The notes: generated by a model from the sequence alone, not told the origin. 64,000 bases of DNA from an uncultured Acidimicrobiales bacterium (GCA_963726695.1 CAVSDE010000008.1:97324-161323), one strand, 5' to 3'; numbered from the stretch's first letter, positions 10,228 to 19,761 are shown. Numbers and translations are program-made.

Positions 10228-11133
10228 GTGAACGGGACGCTGGCGAAGTTCTTCGACGACGTCGCCGCGGGCATCGGCATCGGCCCTGGCGTCGAAAGAG
10301 CAACCGTCGTCGAGATCCACGCTGGCCTGGCCGCCGAGCTGGCCGAGATCGCTGATGCGCTCCCGCCGGGCGCGGCGCCGATCGTCCTCACGAAGAACCG
10401 CATCCGCAACGTGCTCGCGTGCGAGACGGGCGCGCTCGCGAGCGAGGCCGAGTCGACCGAGATGAACGCGGCGTTGATGCTCGGCTTGCTCGTCGACCGT
10501 CTCGTCGCGACGTTCGTGCTCACCGGCTCCGTTCCGGCCGACGCGTATGCGACCGCAGTCGAGGCAGTGCGGGCCGAGCGCGACGAGCGGGCCCTTTCGT
10601 GGCTCGAGGTCGCGTCGCCCGAGGATCTCGACGGGCTGCGCGAAGACCTGGCGGAGCGAGCCGAGCGCATCATCGAGTCGTGGCCGGCGGTAGCCGCGAC
10701 GTGGTGGCCCCGGCTCGAGGACCGCGTGACGTTGCCCTTTGCAGACGGCAAGGTGCTGCTCAGCGGTCGATTCGACCTTCTCGCTGGCGGCGCCCCGACG
10801 CCAGTCGAACGGGTCATCGTCGAGGTGAAGGCGGGCACCGCCACCGCGGTGCACCAGCCCGACCTGTACTGGTACGGGTTGCTCGGCGCCCTGCGCGACC
10901 ACGTCGCGCCGCGAGCGGTCGCGGTGTGGTCCGCCGCCGACGGCAAGACCACCACGGCGCCGATCAGCGCGGGAAGCCTCGAGTCGGCGGCGATGCGGGT
11001 CGGCGCCGCGGCACGACGTTGGATCGAGCTCAACCGCGGGCGGGAGCCAACGCTGTCGCCGCACCCCGGGTGCCGGTGGTGCCCGGCGCTCCCGGAGTGC
11101 GCGACCGGCCAGGCCTGGAGCCCGGATGAGTGA
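10228..11133 (+). CDS. PD-(D/E)XK nuclease, Cas4/AddB-like with Fe-S Cys staple
   Basis: SGRFDLL...IVEVKAG...DLYWYG. One N-terminal Cys (VLACE) plus C-terminal CRWCPALPEC. GTG start at 10228. Confidence 0.8.
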   Translation: MNGTLAKFFDDVAAGIGIGPGVERATVVEIHAGLAAELAEIADALPPGAAPIVLTKNRIRNVLACETGALASEAESTEMNAALMLGLLVDRLVATFVLTGSVPADAYATAVEAVRAERDERALSWLEVASPEDLDGLREDLAERAERIIESWPAVAATWWPRLEDRVTLPFADGKVLLSGRFDLLAGGAPTPVERVIVEVKAGTATAVHQPDLYWYGLLGALRDHVAPRAVAVWSAADGKTTTAPISAGSLESAAMRVGAAARRWIELNRGREPTLSPHPGCRWCPALPECATGQAWSPDE

Positions 11134-11161
11134 GCCCAGATGAGTGACGGCCGATGAGCGA
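11120..11161 (+). repeat. 3 x 14-bp imperfect tandem repeat encoding two overlapping 5-aa mini-ORFs
   Basis: GCCCGGATGAGTGA / GCCCAGATGAGTGA / CGGCCGATGAGCGA, reading MSEPR*, MSDGR*, MSEGR... Confidence 0.75.
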
Positions 11162-11903
11162 GGGCCGGGGACTGGACTGGCGGGCCCGCAGCCGGGCGCG
11201 CCTCGAGCCGATCGTCGCCGACATCGAGGCTCCCCGGTCCACGCTCGGCTGGTTCGACGTCGAGCGGCTTCTCGACGACCGGGACCCCAGCGCTCCGTTT
11301 CAGTGGAGTGCCGCCTTCGCCCGGCGTTCGATCGGGCTGCCGGCGCTGCAAGAGCTGGCCGCCGCGACGCTCGACGGTCGTCGACTCACGCCCCTGGACG
11401 CGGTGTCACGAGTGATCGACCGTCTCGTCGCCGTCGGTCGTGAAGGGTGGGCCGATCGGGAAGGGGCCGAGCTCGAAGACTGGCTCTGCAGCATCGGGGA
11501 AGGTGGACGCGCGGCGACCGCCCGCGACGCGGTCACCTGGGTGACGGCGTGCCGCAGCCAGCTGCGCTGGCCGCCGCGTGACATCCGCGCGCGTGGCGAG
11601 GGCACGAGCTACGCAACCGTGCGCAAAGACGTGTTGTCGCTGTCAGCGCGCATCGACCTCGGGCCGGGACGCACCCCGGGCATCATCGAGGCGGGTCCGC
11701 CGACCGCGCACACCCGCATCTCCCTCGCGTACGTCGCTCTGGTGCGGACGATGGACGCCGGTGTCCTCCCCGACACGATCACCGCGTTGCATCTCGCGTC
11801 GGGCGATCGCACAGTCGTCTCGGCCACCGACGACGCTCTCGACGAGGTGCTCGAGCTGACCGCCTACGCGATCGGCCGCTGGGCCGAGACCGTGCAGCCC
11901 TAG
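11154..11903 (+). CDS. Hypothetical protein, probable degenerate paralogue of the upstream nuclease
   Basis: LSLSARIDL aligns with LLSGRFDL, IIEAG with VEVKAG, and LAYVALVRTM with LYWYGLLGAL. No Cys cluster. Confidence 0.6.
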   Translation: MSEGRGLDWRARSRARLEPIVADIEAPRSTLGWFDVERLLDDRDPSAPFQWSAAFARRSIGLPALQELAAATLDGRRLTPLDAVSRVIDRLVAVGREGWADREGAELEDWLCSIGEGGRAATARDAVTWVTACRSQLRWPPRDIRARGEGTSYATVRKDVLSLSARIDLGPGRTPGIIEAGPPTAHTRISLAYVALVRTMDAGVLPDTITALHLASGDRTVVSATDDALDEVLELTAYAIGRWAETVQP

Positions 11904-12562
11904 CCCCAGCCGTCCTCAGGCGGCGCGGTGCTCGGGCCGACGTGCGTCGCGAGCCAGTCGTTCACCTCGTCAGACGCCCGCCACGCGTCGACGATGCGGT
12001 CCTTCGCCTTCGCGGTCTGCATCCACTTCGCCAGCGGCCAGGCCTTGCCGACGGTGATCCCCTTCATCCGCAACAGCTCGATGCGCGGGTGGTCCTTGGC
12101 GTAGCCCTTCGGAGCCGTCTTGAGCGCGTCGCCGCCGATCTCGTATCCCGCCTTGCGCGCCTTCGCGACCGCTCGCTCGAGCGCCGGACCGGACTTGTCG
12201 TCGTCGATCGCCTCGCGCGTTCGTACGAGCTGATCGGGCGCGGGGCGGTAGTACCCGGAGCCGGCGAACAGGCCGCTGGCCGACAACGAGACGTAGTAGA
12301 TCGCGCCGCCCTCGCTCTCGGTGACCGCGCCTTGCGCGGTCTTGTAGGGCGACTTGTCCTTGCTGAAGCGGACATCGCGATGCGGCCTGAAGAGGTGCAA
12401 CGGGCCGAAGGTCTCGGCGACCTCGTCGGAGAACGCGTGGAATGGCGCGACCACGGCCGACTCGTAGATGTCCTTGTGCGCGAGCCAGTAGGTGCGCGAG
12501 TTGTCGGCTTCGAGACCTTCGTAGAAGGTGATCGCTTCCGCTGGCCATCCCCGGAACGCCAT
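11900..12562 (-). CDS. DUF2461 family protein
   Basis: LEADNSRTYWLAHKDIYE, FRPHRDVRFSKDKSPYKT, LKTAPKGYAKDHPRIELLR. Confidence 0.9.
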   Translation of the reverse strand: MAFRGWPAEAITFYEGLEADNSRTYWLAHKDIYESAVVAPFHAFSDEVAETFGPLHLFRPHRDVRFSKDKSPYKTAQGAVTESEGGAIYYVSLSASGLFAGSGYYRPAPDQLVRTREAIDDDKSGPALERAVAKARKAGYEIGGDALKTAPKGYAKDHPRIELLRMKGITVGKAWPLAKWMQTAKAKDRIVDAWRASDEVNDWLATHVGPSTAPPEDGWG

Positions 12563-12606
12563 GCGGCGCACGCTACCGACGCTCGGTACTGGTGCACACT
12601 GGCGCG

Positions 12607-14085
12607 ATGCCGCGAACCTCCCGCGCAGTAGCTGCGGTGGTGGGCGCCGAGCCCTACCGGAGGCTCGTCGTGGCGAACTCGGTCGGCGTTGCCGGTGACG
12701 CGCTCTTCACCGTCTCGCTGGCAGGGTCACTCTTCTTCAACGTCTCGGCGGACGCGGCCCGCCCGACCGTGCTGCTCTACCTGCTCCTCACGCTGGCCCC
12801 TTTCGCGATCGTGGGACCGTTCGTCGGGACAGCCATCGATCGCTTCCCGGGCAGTCAGCGAGCACTGATCGCCTTCACGAACCTTGGACGAGCCGTCGCG
12901 ATGGTGCTCGTCGCGGTGCAGCTGCGGAGCCTTGCGTTCTTCCCGCTCGCGTTCGGCGTGCTCGTGCTGAGCAAGACCGCATCCATCGCCAAGAGCTCCC
13001 TCGTGCCATGGCTCGTCGGCGACGATGACCGGCTCGTGGCCGAGAACGCCCGCCTGTCGCGTGCCACCGCGCTCGTCGGTGGCATCGCCGGTCTGGCCGG
13101 GGCCGCGCTGCTCAACCTCACCTCGACCGAGAGCGTGCTGATCGTCGCTGCGGTCGTTCACGTCGTCGCGGTGCCGTTTGCGCTGCGCATCCCGAAGGTC
13201 CACGGGACCGGCCGGAACCCGATCGTCGACGACGTCGAGCTCCGCAGCAGCGCGGTGACGTTCGCCGCCAACGCGACGAGCGCCATGCGTGGCGGCGTCG
13301 GGTTCCTTGCGTTCTTCATCGCGTTCAACCTGAAGGTGAGCGGCGAACCCGCGTGGTTCTTCGGCGTCGTCATCGCAGCAGGGGGCGCCGGCGGGTTCCT
13401 CGGCTCGTACATCGCGACGTTCGCCCGCGCGTACGTGAACGAGGAGATGCTCCTCGCCCTGTCGCTGGCGACAGCCGGCGCCGCCGCGCTGATTGCGCCC
13501 GTGCAATTCGCAGAGCCGGCAGTGATCTTGGTGGCCTTCACGACTGGCATCGCCGCCAACGTCGCGCGGCAAGCGTTCGACAGCCTCACCCAACGATTGG
13601 CCCCTGACGCGGAGAAGGGCCACGCGTTCGCGCGATTCGAGACTCGCTTCCAGATCGCATGGGTGATCGGTGCGGTCGTAGCGGTGCTGTCCCGCCCCGG
13701 CAACGCGATCGGCCTGGCGGCGCTCGGGATCGTGCTCGGCGGTGCGGGGGCGCTCTACCTCATCAGCCTTCGGGCGCTGCGAAGGCACCAGCTCGTCGTG
13801 CAGACCTCACTCGATCGGAGGGAGCAGAACCTCTCTCGTTCGCTTCTGGCGATCGCGAGCGCGCTGCACGCGCAGGGCGAGGATCGCCTCGCGGTGACGA
13901 CCGCGGCGGACGCGGTCAGGGTCGCTCGCGCGTCAGCACTGAACGGGGATGGGTTGGGCCCCGAGCTCGACGAGATCTGGAAGCAGGCCGTGCAGGGGAC
14001 CGGTCCGCTTGATGTCGGTGTCGCAGCGCGGGCGCTCGAGCTCGCACAGTCGAGCGTCGACGCGGCCGATCCCAGTCCCAGCTAG
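12607..14085 (+). CDS. MFS transporter
   Basis: GDALFTVSLAGSLFF, LYLLLTLAPFA and AFARFETRFQIAWV; about 12 TM segments. Confidence 0.85.
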   Translation: MPRTSRAVAAVVGAEPYRRLVVANSVGVAGDALFTVSLAGSLFFNVSADAARPTVLLYLLLTLAPFAIVGPFVGTAIDRFPGSQRALIAFTNLGRAVAMVLVAVQLRSLAFFPLAFGVLVLSKTASIAKSSLVPWLVGDDDRLVAENARLSRATALVGGIAGLAGAALLNLTSTESVLIVAAVVHVVAVPFALRIPKVHGTGRNPIVDDVELRSSAVTFAANATSAMRGGVGFLAFFIAFNLKVSGEPAWFFGVVIAAGGAGGFLGSYIATFARAYVNEEMLLALSLATAGAAALIAPVQFAEPAVILVAFTTGIAANVARQAFDSLTQRLAPDAEKGHAFARFETRFQIAWVIGAVVAVLSRPGNAIGLAALGIVLGGAGALYLISLRALRRHQLVVQTSLDRREQNLSRSLLAIASALHAQGEDRLAVTTAADAVRVARASALNGDGLGPELDEIWKQAVQGTGPLDVGVAARALELAQSSVDAADPSPS

Positions 14086-14591
14086 CTCGCAGCGGCTGTC
14101 GGTGTCGTCGACGAAGTCACGACCCAGCCGCTCTCCGTCTCACTCAGGTCGTACTCGACCGGCGAGGTGTCGGTCTCGGTGCGGTATAGCTCGCCCGGCA
14201 CTCGCACAGTCGCGCCGTCCGGTGGCACCGCGCCGAGCCGCACGAGCACCGCGTCGTCGAACACGGGCGCGCCGTCGGCTTCTTGGTCAATCGCCTGATC
14301 GGCGTCGTCCACGAACCGCACAGTGGCCTCTGAGGCGAGCGCGTCGACGACCGACACCTGCACTTGCAGCGGGATGGCCTTCTCGTTCGCGAGCGGCGCG
14401 ACGTAGAGGATCGGTGTCGCGTCGGCGGGCGGTTCGTCGGCTGCGACCGTGACGAGGATCGCGGCATAGACGTCGGACTCGCGTGACGACGCGGTCTGCC
14501 CGCTCGAATCGTCACCGCATGCCGACACCGCGAGCGTCGCCGCGCCCACGGCCACCAGCGCGACGAGACGACGGATCGATGGAGCGGGCAC
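14082..14591 (-). CDS. Putative lipoprotein
   Basis: Signal peptide with lipobox LAVSAC; acidic mature region. Confidence 0.65.
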   Translation of the reverse strand: MPAPSIRRLVALVAVGAATLAVSACGDDSSGQTASSRESDVYAAILVTVAADEPPADATPILYVAPLANEKAIPLQVQVSVVDALASEATVRFVDDADQAIDQEADGAPVFDDAVLVRLGAVPPDGATVRVPGELYRTETDTSPVEYDLSETESGWVVTSSTTPTAAAS

Positions 14592-14728
14592 TGCAATCAG
14601 GGTGTCACAACTGTCAGGACACTTGGAGGTCGATCAGCTTGGCGCTCCACGGGCAGTACAGCGACCATCCCGATCAGTCCGCGCAAGCGCATGACCGCTC
14701 ACCGTATCGATCGACCACACTGGCGCGC

Positions 14729-15591
14729 ATGGACGTCCATCTCGTCGACGGCACCTACGAGCTCTTCCGGCAGCACTTCGGCCGCCCCGAACCCGGACCG
14801 TTCGGCGCGACCGTCGGTGTCCTCGGATCGACCCTCGCTCTCTTCGAGGACGGCGCCACACATGTCGGCGTCGCGTCCGACCACATCATCGAATCGTTTC
14901 GCAACGACCTGTGGCCGGGCTACAAGACGAGTGCAGGGATGCCGCCAGAGCTGCTCGCTCAGCTCCCCGTGTTCGAGGACGCGCTCGATGCGATGGGCGT
15001 GACCGTGTGGCCGATGGTCGAGTTCGAGGCCGATGACGCGATGGCGGCTGCGGCCGCGATCGCCGAGCAGGACGGGCGAGTCGACCAGGTGTTCCTCTGC
15101 ACGCCCGACAAGGATCTCGGCCAATGCGTCACCGGCACGCGGGTCGTGCAGCTCGATCGGCGCAAGGGCATCGTGATCGACGAGGACGGAGTGCGGGAGA
15201 AGTTCGGCGTCGGGCCTTCGTCGATCCCCGACTACCTCGCGTTGGTGGGCGACAGCGCCGATGGCTTTCCTGGGCTGCCGGGCTTCGGCGCGAAGACGGT
15301 GGCCGCTCTGCTCGGCCGGTATCCCCATCTCGAGGACATCCCCCAACACGGCGCGCAATGGGATGTGCCGGGACTGCGGCATGTGCCGCGCCTCGCCGAC
15401 ACGCTCGTCGAGAGCTTCGAGCTTGCGCTGCTCTTCCGGCGGATCGCGACGGTGGAGCGCGACGTCGAGGTGGGAGCCGTCGACGACTGGCGATGGACCG
15501 GGCCGACCGACCGATTCGAGCGCGGTGTGCGAGGAGCTCGGCACGAAGAGCCTGGAGGGTCGCGCTCGCGCGCGTCGCGAAGGGGCGCTGA
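14729..15591 (+). CDS. Stand-alone 5'-3' exonuclease/flap endonuclease (3' frameshift)
   Basis: VHLVDGTYELFR, FRNDLWPGYK, EFEADD, TPDKDL, DYLALVGDSADGFPGLPGFGAKT. Confidence 0.9.
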
Positions 15592-15607
15592 CTGGGCTGG
15601 CGGAGGG

Positions 15608-16411
15608 CTAGCGAATGCGGGCTTGCGCCTGCACCACCGTGTAGTCCGTGCTGACGGTCGCGCCGGGCACGTTGCTGAGGGTGCCGAACCGAACCGGCGC
15701 GCCCGTGTCGTTCACCAGCGCCCATTCCGCGATCCACTGCACCCGCACCGAGAGGTGATGCCGACCCGACCGCGTGAACACGAACGGGCCGACGGCATCG
15801 AGCGGAGTGCCAGGCTCCGGCGTGAGCCGCACCGCTTGCTTCACTCCGTCGAGCGTGACCTCGACGGCAATCGGTCGCGCCACGGCGCGCAACGCATACC
15901 CGTCGACGGCGACCGACGCGAACTTCTGATCGGGGATGCCGATGTGCAACCACGTGCGCAGGCCGACGAGCCCTCGGACGCGGGGATCGAAACCAGCGGT
16001 CGGAAGGGTGAGTCGAGCGACATCTCGTGCGACGTCACTCGCCGCCTCGCGCGCCTCGCCCGACGAGACCGTGTTGACCTCACACTGCGACAGGAGCGTG
16101 GCCTGCGCACCGTCGGCGCCGGTGCCGGTCATGGTCACGCGCACCGCGCCCGGCGTCTCGCATGCCCCTGCGCTGGCATCGTGCACGACCGTGACGTTGC
16201 GATAGATCGTCGGATCGACGATCGCTTCGGCCGGCAGGGGCGACGACGCCGCGTGGCCGTCACGGTCGACGCCGAGCAAGACGTCGACCGACTCGGGTCG
16301 CAGGTGCACCTCGTCCTGCCAGCCATCCGCCGCACTGGGCGTGCCGAGCCCGAGCACTGCTGCGCCTGCCGTGACCACGCACACGAGCCCGAAGGCCGCG
16401 CGGCGCTGCAT
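15608..16411 (-). CDS. Secreted protein with PKD-like C-terminal domain
   Basis: Signal peptide; GLVGLRTWL...AVARPIAVEV..DG...FTRSGRHHLSVRVQW..W...VVQAQA pattern typical of actinobacterial PKD-like proteins. Confidence 0.55.
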   Translation of the reverse strand: MQRRAAFGLVCVVTAGAAVLGLGTPSAADGWQDEVHLRPESVDVLLGVDRDGHAASSPLPAEAIVDPTIYRNVTVVHDASAGACETPGAVRVTMTGTGADGAQATLLSQCEVNTVSSGEAREAASDVARDVARLTLPTAGFDPRVRGLVGLRTWLHIGIPDQKFASVAVDGYALRAVARPIAVEVTLDGVKQAVRLTPEPGTPLDAVGPFVFTRSGRHHLSVRVQWIAEWALVNDTGAPVRFGTLSNVPGATVSTDYTVVQAQARIR

Positions 16412-16538
16412 CCGCATCCTCATCTCATCCTCCGCCCGCTCCGCCGTGAGGAGTGCAGGATAGACGGAGATGCATCGAGATGCGGTACTGGCCCGATGGG
16501 GGCGCCAGCCCCGGGAGCGGGCCTGCGAGGCTGGAGCG

Positions 16539-17579
16539 GTGGCGAGCAAGGGAGAGCACGTCGACATCGAGGTCGACGGCCGCACGGTGCGGGTGTCCAA
16601 CCCCAGCAAGGTCTTCTTCGCCGAGCGCAACGAGACCAAGCTCGACCTCGTCAACTACTACCTCGCCGTCGGCGAAGGCGCCCTGAAGGGTGTCGCGACT
16701 CGACCGACCGTGATGAAGCGGTACCCGAACGGAGCCGAAGGCGACTTCTTCTTCCAGAAGCGAGTGCCCGAGAATCGCCCAGACTGGCTGCAGACGGTCA
16801 CGGTCGCGTTCCCCAGCGGCCGCACCGCGACCGAGCTGTGCCCGGTCGACGTCGCCCACCTCATCTGGGCCGTGAACCTCGGATGCCTGGACCTGAACCC
16901 GTGGCCGGTGCGGCGGTGGGACGTGCATCATCCCGACGAGCTGCGCGTCGACCTCGATCCGCAGCCGGGCGTCACGTTCGCCGCGGTGCGCACCGTCGCA
17001 CTGCACGTGCGCGAGGTGCTCGCAGAACATGGGCTCGAGGGGTACCCGAAGACCTCGGGGTCGCGGGGCATCCACGTGAACATCCGCATCGTCGCGAAGT
17101 GGGGCTTCGACGACGTGCGCCGCGCCGCGTTGGCTCTCGCGCGCGCGGTCGAGCGACGCATCCCGGAGATCGCGACGTCGAAGTGGTGGAAGGAGGAGCG
17201 CGGCGAGCGCGTCTTCCTCGACTACAACCAGAACGCGCGTGACCGCACGGTTGCCTCCGCGTATTCAGTGCGCGCGAATCGATACGCCCTCGTGTCGTGC
17301 CCCGTCAGCTGGGACGAGGTGCCCGACGTCGAGCTCGCGGACTTCAACCTCGCGACGGTGCCTCCGCGTTACGCGACGATCGGCGACCCGGGAGCGACAA
17401 TCGACGATCACGCGTACTCGCTCGAGCCACTGCTCGAGCTCGCGGCGCGTGACGAGCGCGAGGGTCTCGGCGACGCGCCGTGGCCCCCTCACTTCCGCAA
17501 GCAACCGGGTGAGGCTCGGCGGGTCGCACCGAGCCGGAAGGCGAAGGGCGCCGACGATCAGGACGAAGACGCCGGCTAA
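16539..17579 (+). CDS. Stand-alone LigD-type primase-polymerase (Prim-PolC/PolD)
   Basis: TKLDLVNYY, RYPNG..FFQKR, PDELRVDLDP, KTSGSRGIH, WWKEERGERVFLDYNQNARDRT. Confidence 0.92.
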   Translation: MASKGEHVDIEVDGRTVRVSNPSKVFFAERNETKLDLVNYYLAVGEGALKGVATRPTVMKRYPNGAEGDFFFQKRVPENRPDWLQTVTVAFPSGRTATELCPVDVAHLIWAVNLGCLDLNPWPVRRWDVHHPDELRVDLDPQPGVTFAAVRTVALHVREVLAEHGLEGYPKTSGSRGIHVNIRIVAKWGFDDVRRAALALARAVERRIPEIATSKWWKEERGERVFLDYNQNARDRTVASAYSVRANRYALVSCPVSWDEVPDVELADFNLATVPPRYATIGDPGATIDDHAYSLEPLLELAARDEREGLGDAPWPPHFRKQPGEARRVAPSRKAKGADDQDEDAG

Positions 17580-18844
17580 CCGGGTGGGATCGGCGGCGGC
17601 AGCGTCGTCGGCGGCGGGTCACGCGGCGGCAGCGTGTGCGGGATGCGGGAGGGGAGCGCGGTGAGATTCGACGGCGGCCGCTGCTCACGGGGGCGGAACG
17701 CGAACATGTTCGCGATGCCGCCGGCGCTGGGCTCGTAGGCGACGATGCGATCGCTCGTGTCGCGCACGAGCAGCGCTCCGCCACTCGACCACGTCATCCC
17801 CACTGGTGTCGTCGAGCGGATGTCGGGTGTCGCGACCGCAAAGTAGTGCTGTGGATCGAGGTCAACCACCGCGACTGCGTGGACGATGGCCCCGGTGCCG
17901 CCACCCGGCCACGCGCCGGTGATGCCGACCGCGAGGAACCTGCCGTCGGGTGAGAACGCGCCCGGCACCGTCGGGTCGAGATTCGGCACCGACGAGATGA
18001 CGTTGATGATGTCGCCCCGGCGCACGTAGATGCCGCACTCGAGGCATCCCGGTCGGGTCCAGGCCAGCGCGCCGTCCGCGGCTGCCAGCAGCGAGCCGCG
18101 CTGCGTGACGAAGTCCGTGGCACGCGTCTCGGGATCCCACGTCTGCAGCGCTCCCGAGTCGGCCGAGTCGCCGGTTGACGACAGCACGAGCTGGCTCCCC
18201 GCGACGCCCGCGACCTCGTATCCCTGGGGCAAACGGATGAAGCCGGTCGCGAGCTGCGGTGCCACGGTGCCGTCGACCGGCATCTCCTTGACCGCGGCGC
18301 CGCCGTCGAGGACACCACTGAGCCACACCCGTCGAGGATCCTGCGATGCAAAGACCCCGCGGGCACTGCCGAGATCGATCCCGTTGGGAGAGCTGCGCGA
18401 GTACGCACGCACCAGTCCGTTCGAGAGCGTCACCACGGTCGCCGGAGGACGAGCGACGTATCCCGAGATCGTGTCGGGCGCCTGCGTGACGTCGACTTCG
18501 AACGCGCCACCTTGCGCGAGCACGATGAGCGCGGTCGCGTCGGCGGACATCAGGACGGCCGGGTACGCGCGCCGGGCCGCGTCGGCCGCGCTCTGCGCGC
18601 TCGGCACCTCGGTCGTCGCCGGTGCGAACAGCGTGGACGCCGTCGTCGGCGCGGGTGGGGCGGCGACGCTCGACCCGTCGTGCCCCGTCACGAAGATCGC
18701 CCCCGCGATCACGGCGGCACCGAGAGCAACTGGCCACCATCGCCTCGCGTGCACGTCGACCGTGGCGACCGACCGCGCGGGATCCTCCTCGTCGAGGGCG
18801 AGCAGCTCGAGCTCGGGAAGGTCGCCGTTGCGCCGATGCTTCAT
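17576..18844 (-). CDS. Single-pass membrane protein with beta-propeller-like (PD40/WD40-like) domain
   Basis: N-terminal LPELELL and RRWWPV, then TM, P/T linker, GAFSPDGRFLAV, GMTWSS. Confidence 0.6.
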   Translation of the reverse strand: MKHRRNGDLPELELLALDEEDPARSVATVDVHARRWWPVALGAAVIAGAIFVTGHDGSSVAAPPAPTTASTLFAPATTEVPSAQSAADAARRAYPAVLMSADATALIVLAQGGAFEVDVTQAPDTISGYVARPPATVVTLSNGLVRAYSRSSPNGIDLGSARGVFASQDPRRVWLSGVLDGGAAVKEMPVDGTVAPQLATGFIRLPQGYEVAGVAGSQLVLSSTGDSADSGALQTWDPETRATDFVTQRGSLLAAADGALAWTRPGCLECGIYVRRGDIINVISSVPNLDPTVPGAFSPDGRFLAVGITGAWPGGGTGAIVHAVAVVDLDPQHYFAVATPDIRSTTPVGMTWSSGGALLVRDTSDRIVAYEPSAGGIANMFAFRPREQRPPSNLTALPSRIPHTLPPRDPPPTTLPPPIPPG

Positions 18845-19761
18845 CCGTCGCCGTCCCAGTCCTTGATCGGGAACCGCCCAGTCGGCCCGAGTCCCGGCTC
18901 GTATCGCACGACGTCACGCGGTCCCAACAGATAGAGCCGAGAGTCGGTGGACCAGGCCATCCCGAGCGCGTCGTCGCCGCTGACGCCGACGAGGGGTTCC
19001 ATCGTTCCGGTGCGCAAGTCGGCGAGGGCGACGCCGTCGAACGGACGATGCTCCTCGGCGAACCGCACGGCGACGTACCGGCCGTCGGGTGAGAACAGTC
19101 CCGTCGACACCGGTTGGAAGCCCGTGAACGGCGCGATCTCCTGCGCCAGCGCTCCTTCGCTCGTGCTGATCCGCATCGTGCACGACGTACATGCCTCGTC
19201 CACTGTCGCGACCCGGTCATCCGACGCGGCGACGAACCGGCCGGTGTCATCGACCACTTGGATGTTCACGCCACCACCCCACACCTCGACGGGAGGTCCC
19301 GCAGTCGAGGACGGCACGAGGACGATCGACCGGTCGAGCACCGCGACCGGTCGCCGCCCCGCAGGGAGCCCCCCGAGTGACAGGTCGAGGGGAGGCGGGG
19401 CCGCCACGTCGAGCGGTCGGATCACCGAATCAGAGGTGAGCGCGAGACGCACCGCCCGACCGTTCGGATCGACGAGCACGACATGGCGGGACAGCGAATC
19501 GCGCATCACGATGGTGAACGAAGCCAGTGGCGCCGCCGGCACGGTGCTCGCGACCGGCGATGGCAGCGCCGCGACCGCAGCCGGTTGCTCGACGGCATGG
19601 CTGTTGCGGCCCGTCAGGAGCAACGCCGCAACGACGCCAGCTGCGACGACGACGGGCCACCACCCGCGGGCGTCATGTGCAACTCGTGTGTCCACTCCCC
19701 CCACCGACTCGAACGCGCCCAGATCGAGCAGCTCGAGCTCGGGGAGGGTGCTCGAGCTCAC
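18841..19761 (-). CDS. Shorter paralogue of 17576..18844
   Basis: LPELELL, RGWWPV, TM, GLFSPDGRYVAV, GMAWST, VRYEP. Confidence 0.6.
   Translation of the reverse strand: MSSSTLPELELLDLGAFESVGGVDTRVAHDARGWWPVVVAAGVVAALLLTGRNSHAVEQPAAVAALPSPVASTVPAAPLASFTIVMRDSLSRHVVLVDPNGRAVRLALTSDSVIRPLDVAAPPPLDLSLGGLPAGRRPVAVLDRSIVLVPSSTAGPPVEVWGGGVNIQVVDDTGRFVAASDDRVATVDEACTSCTMRISTSEGALAQEIAPFTGFQPVSTGLFSPDGRYVAVRFAEEHRPFDGVALADLRTGTMEPLVGVSGDDALGMAWSTDSRLYLLGPRDVVRYEPGLGPTGRFPIKDWDGDG

Noticed and set aside
10228-11161. CRISPR-Cas locus (Cas4-like gene plus short repeats)
   Set aside because: Repeats are 12-14 bp and tandem with no spacers. No cas1/cas2 or effector genes.
14603-14617. TGTCAC/TGTCAG direct repeat as a PhoB/OmpR box or PafBC promoter
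   Set aside because: Period is 9 rather than 11, and there is no TANNNT at the required spacing.
14483-17242. 919-aa ORF as a PolA-like fusion
   Set aside because: Only the 5'-3' exonuclease part is real. The rest is read-through after a frameshift, antisense or out of frame to other genes.
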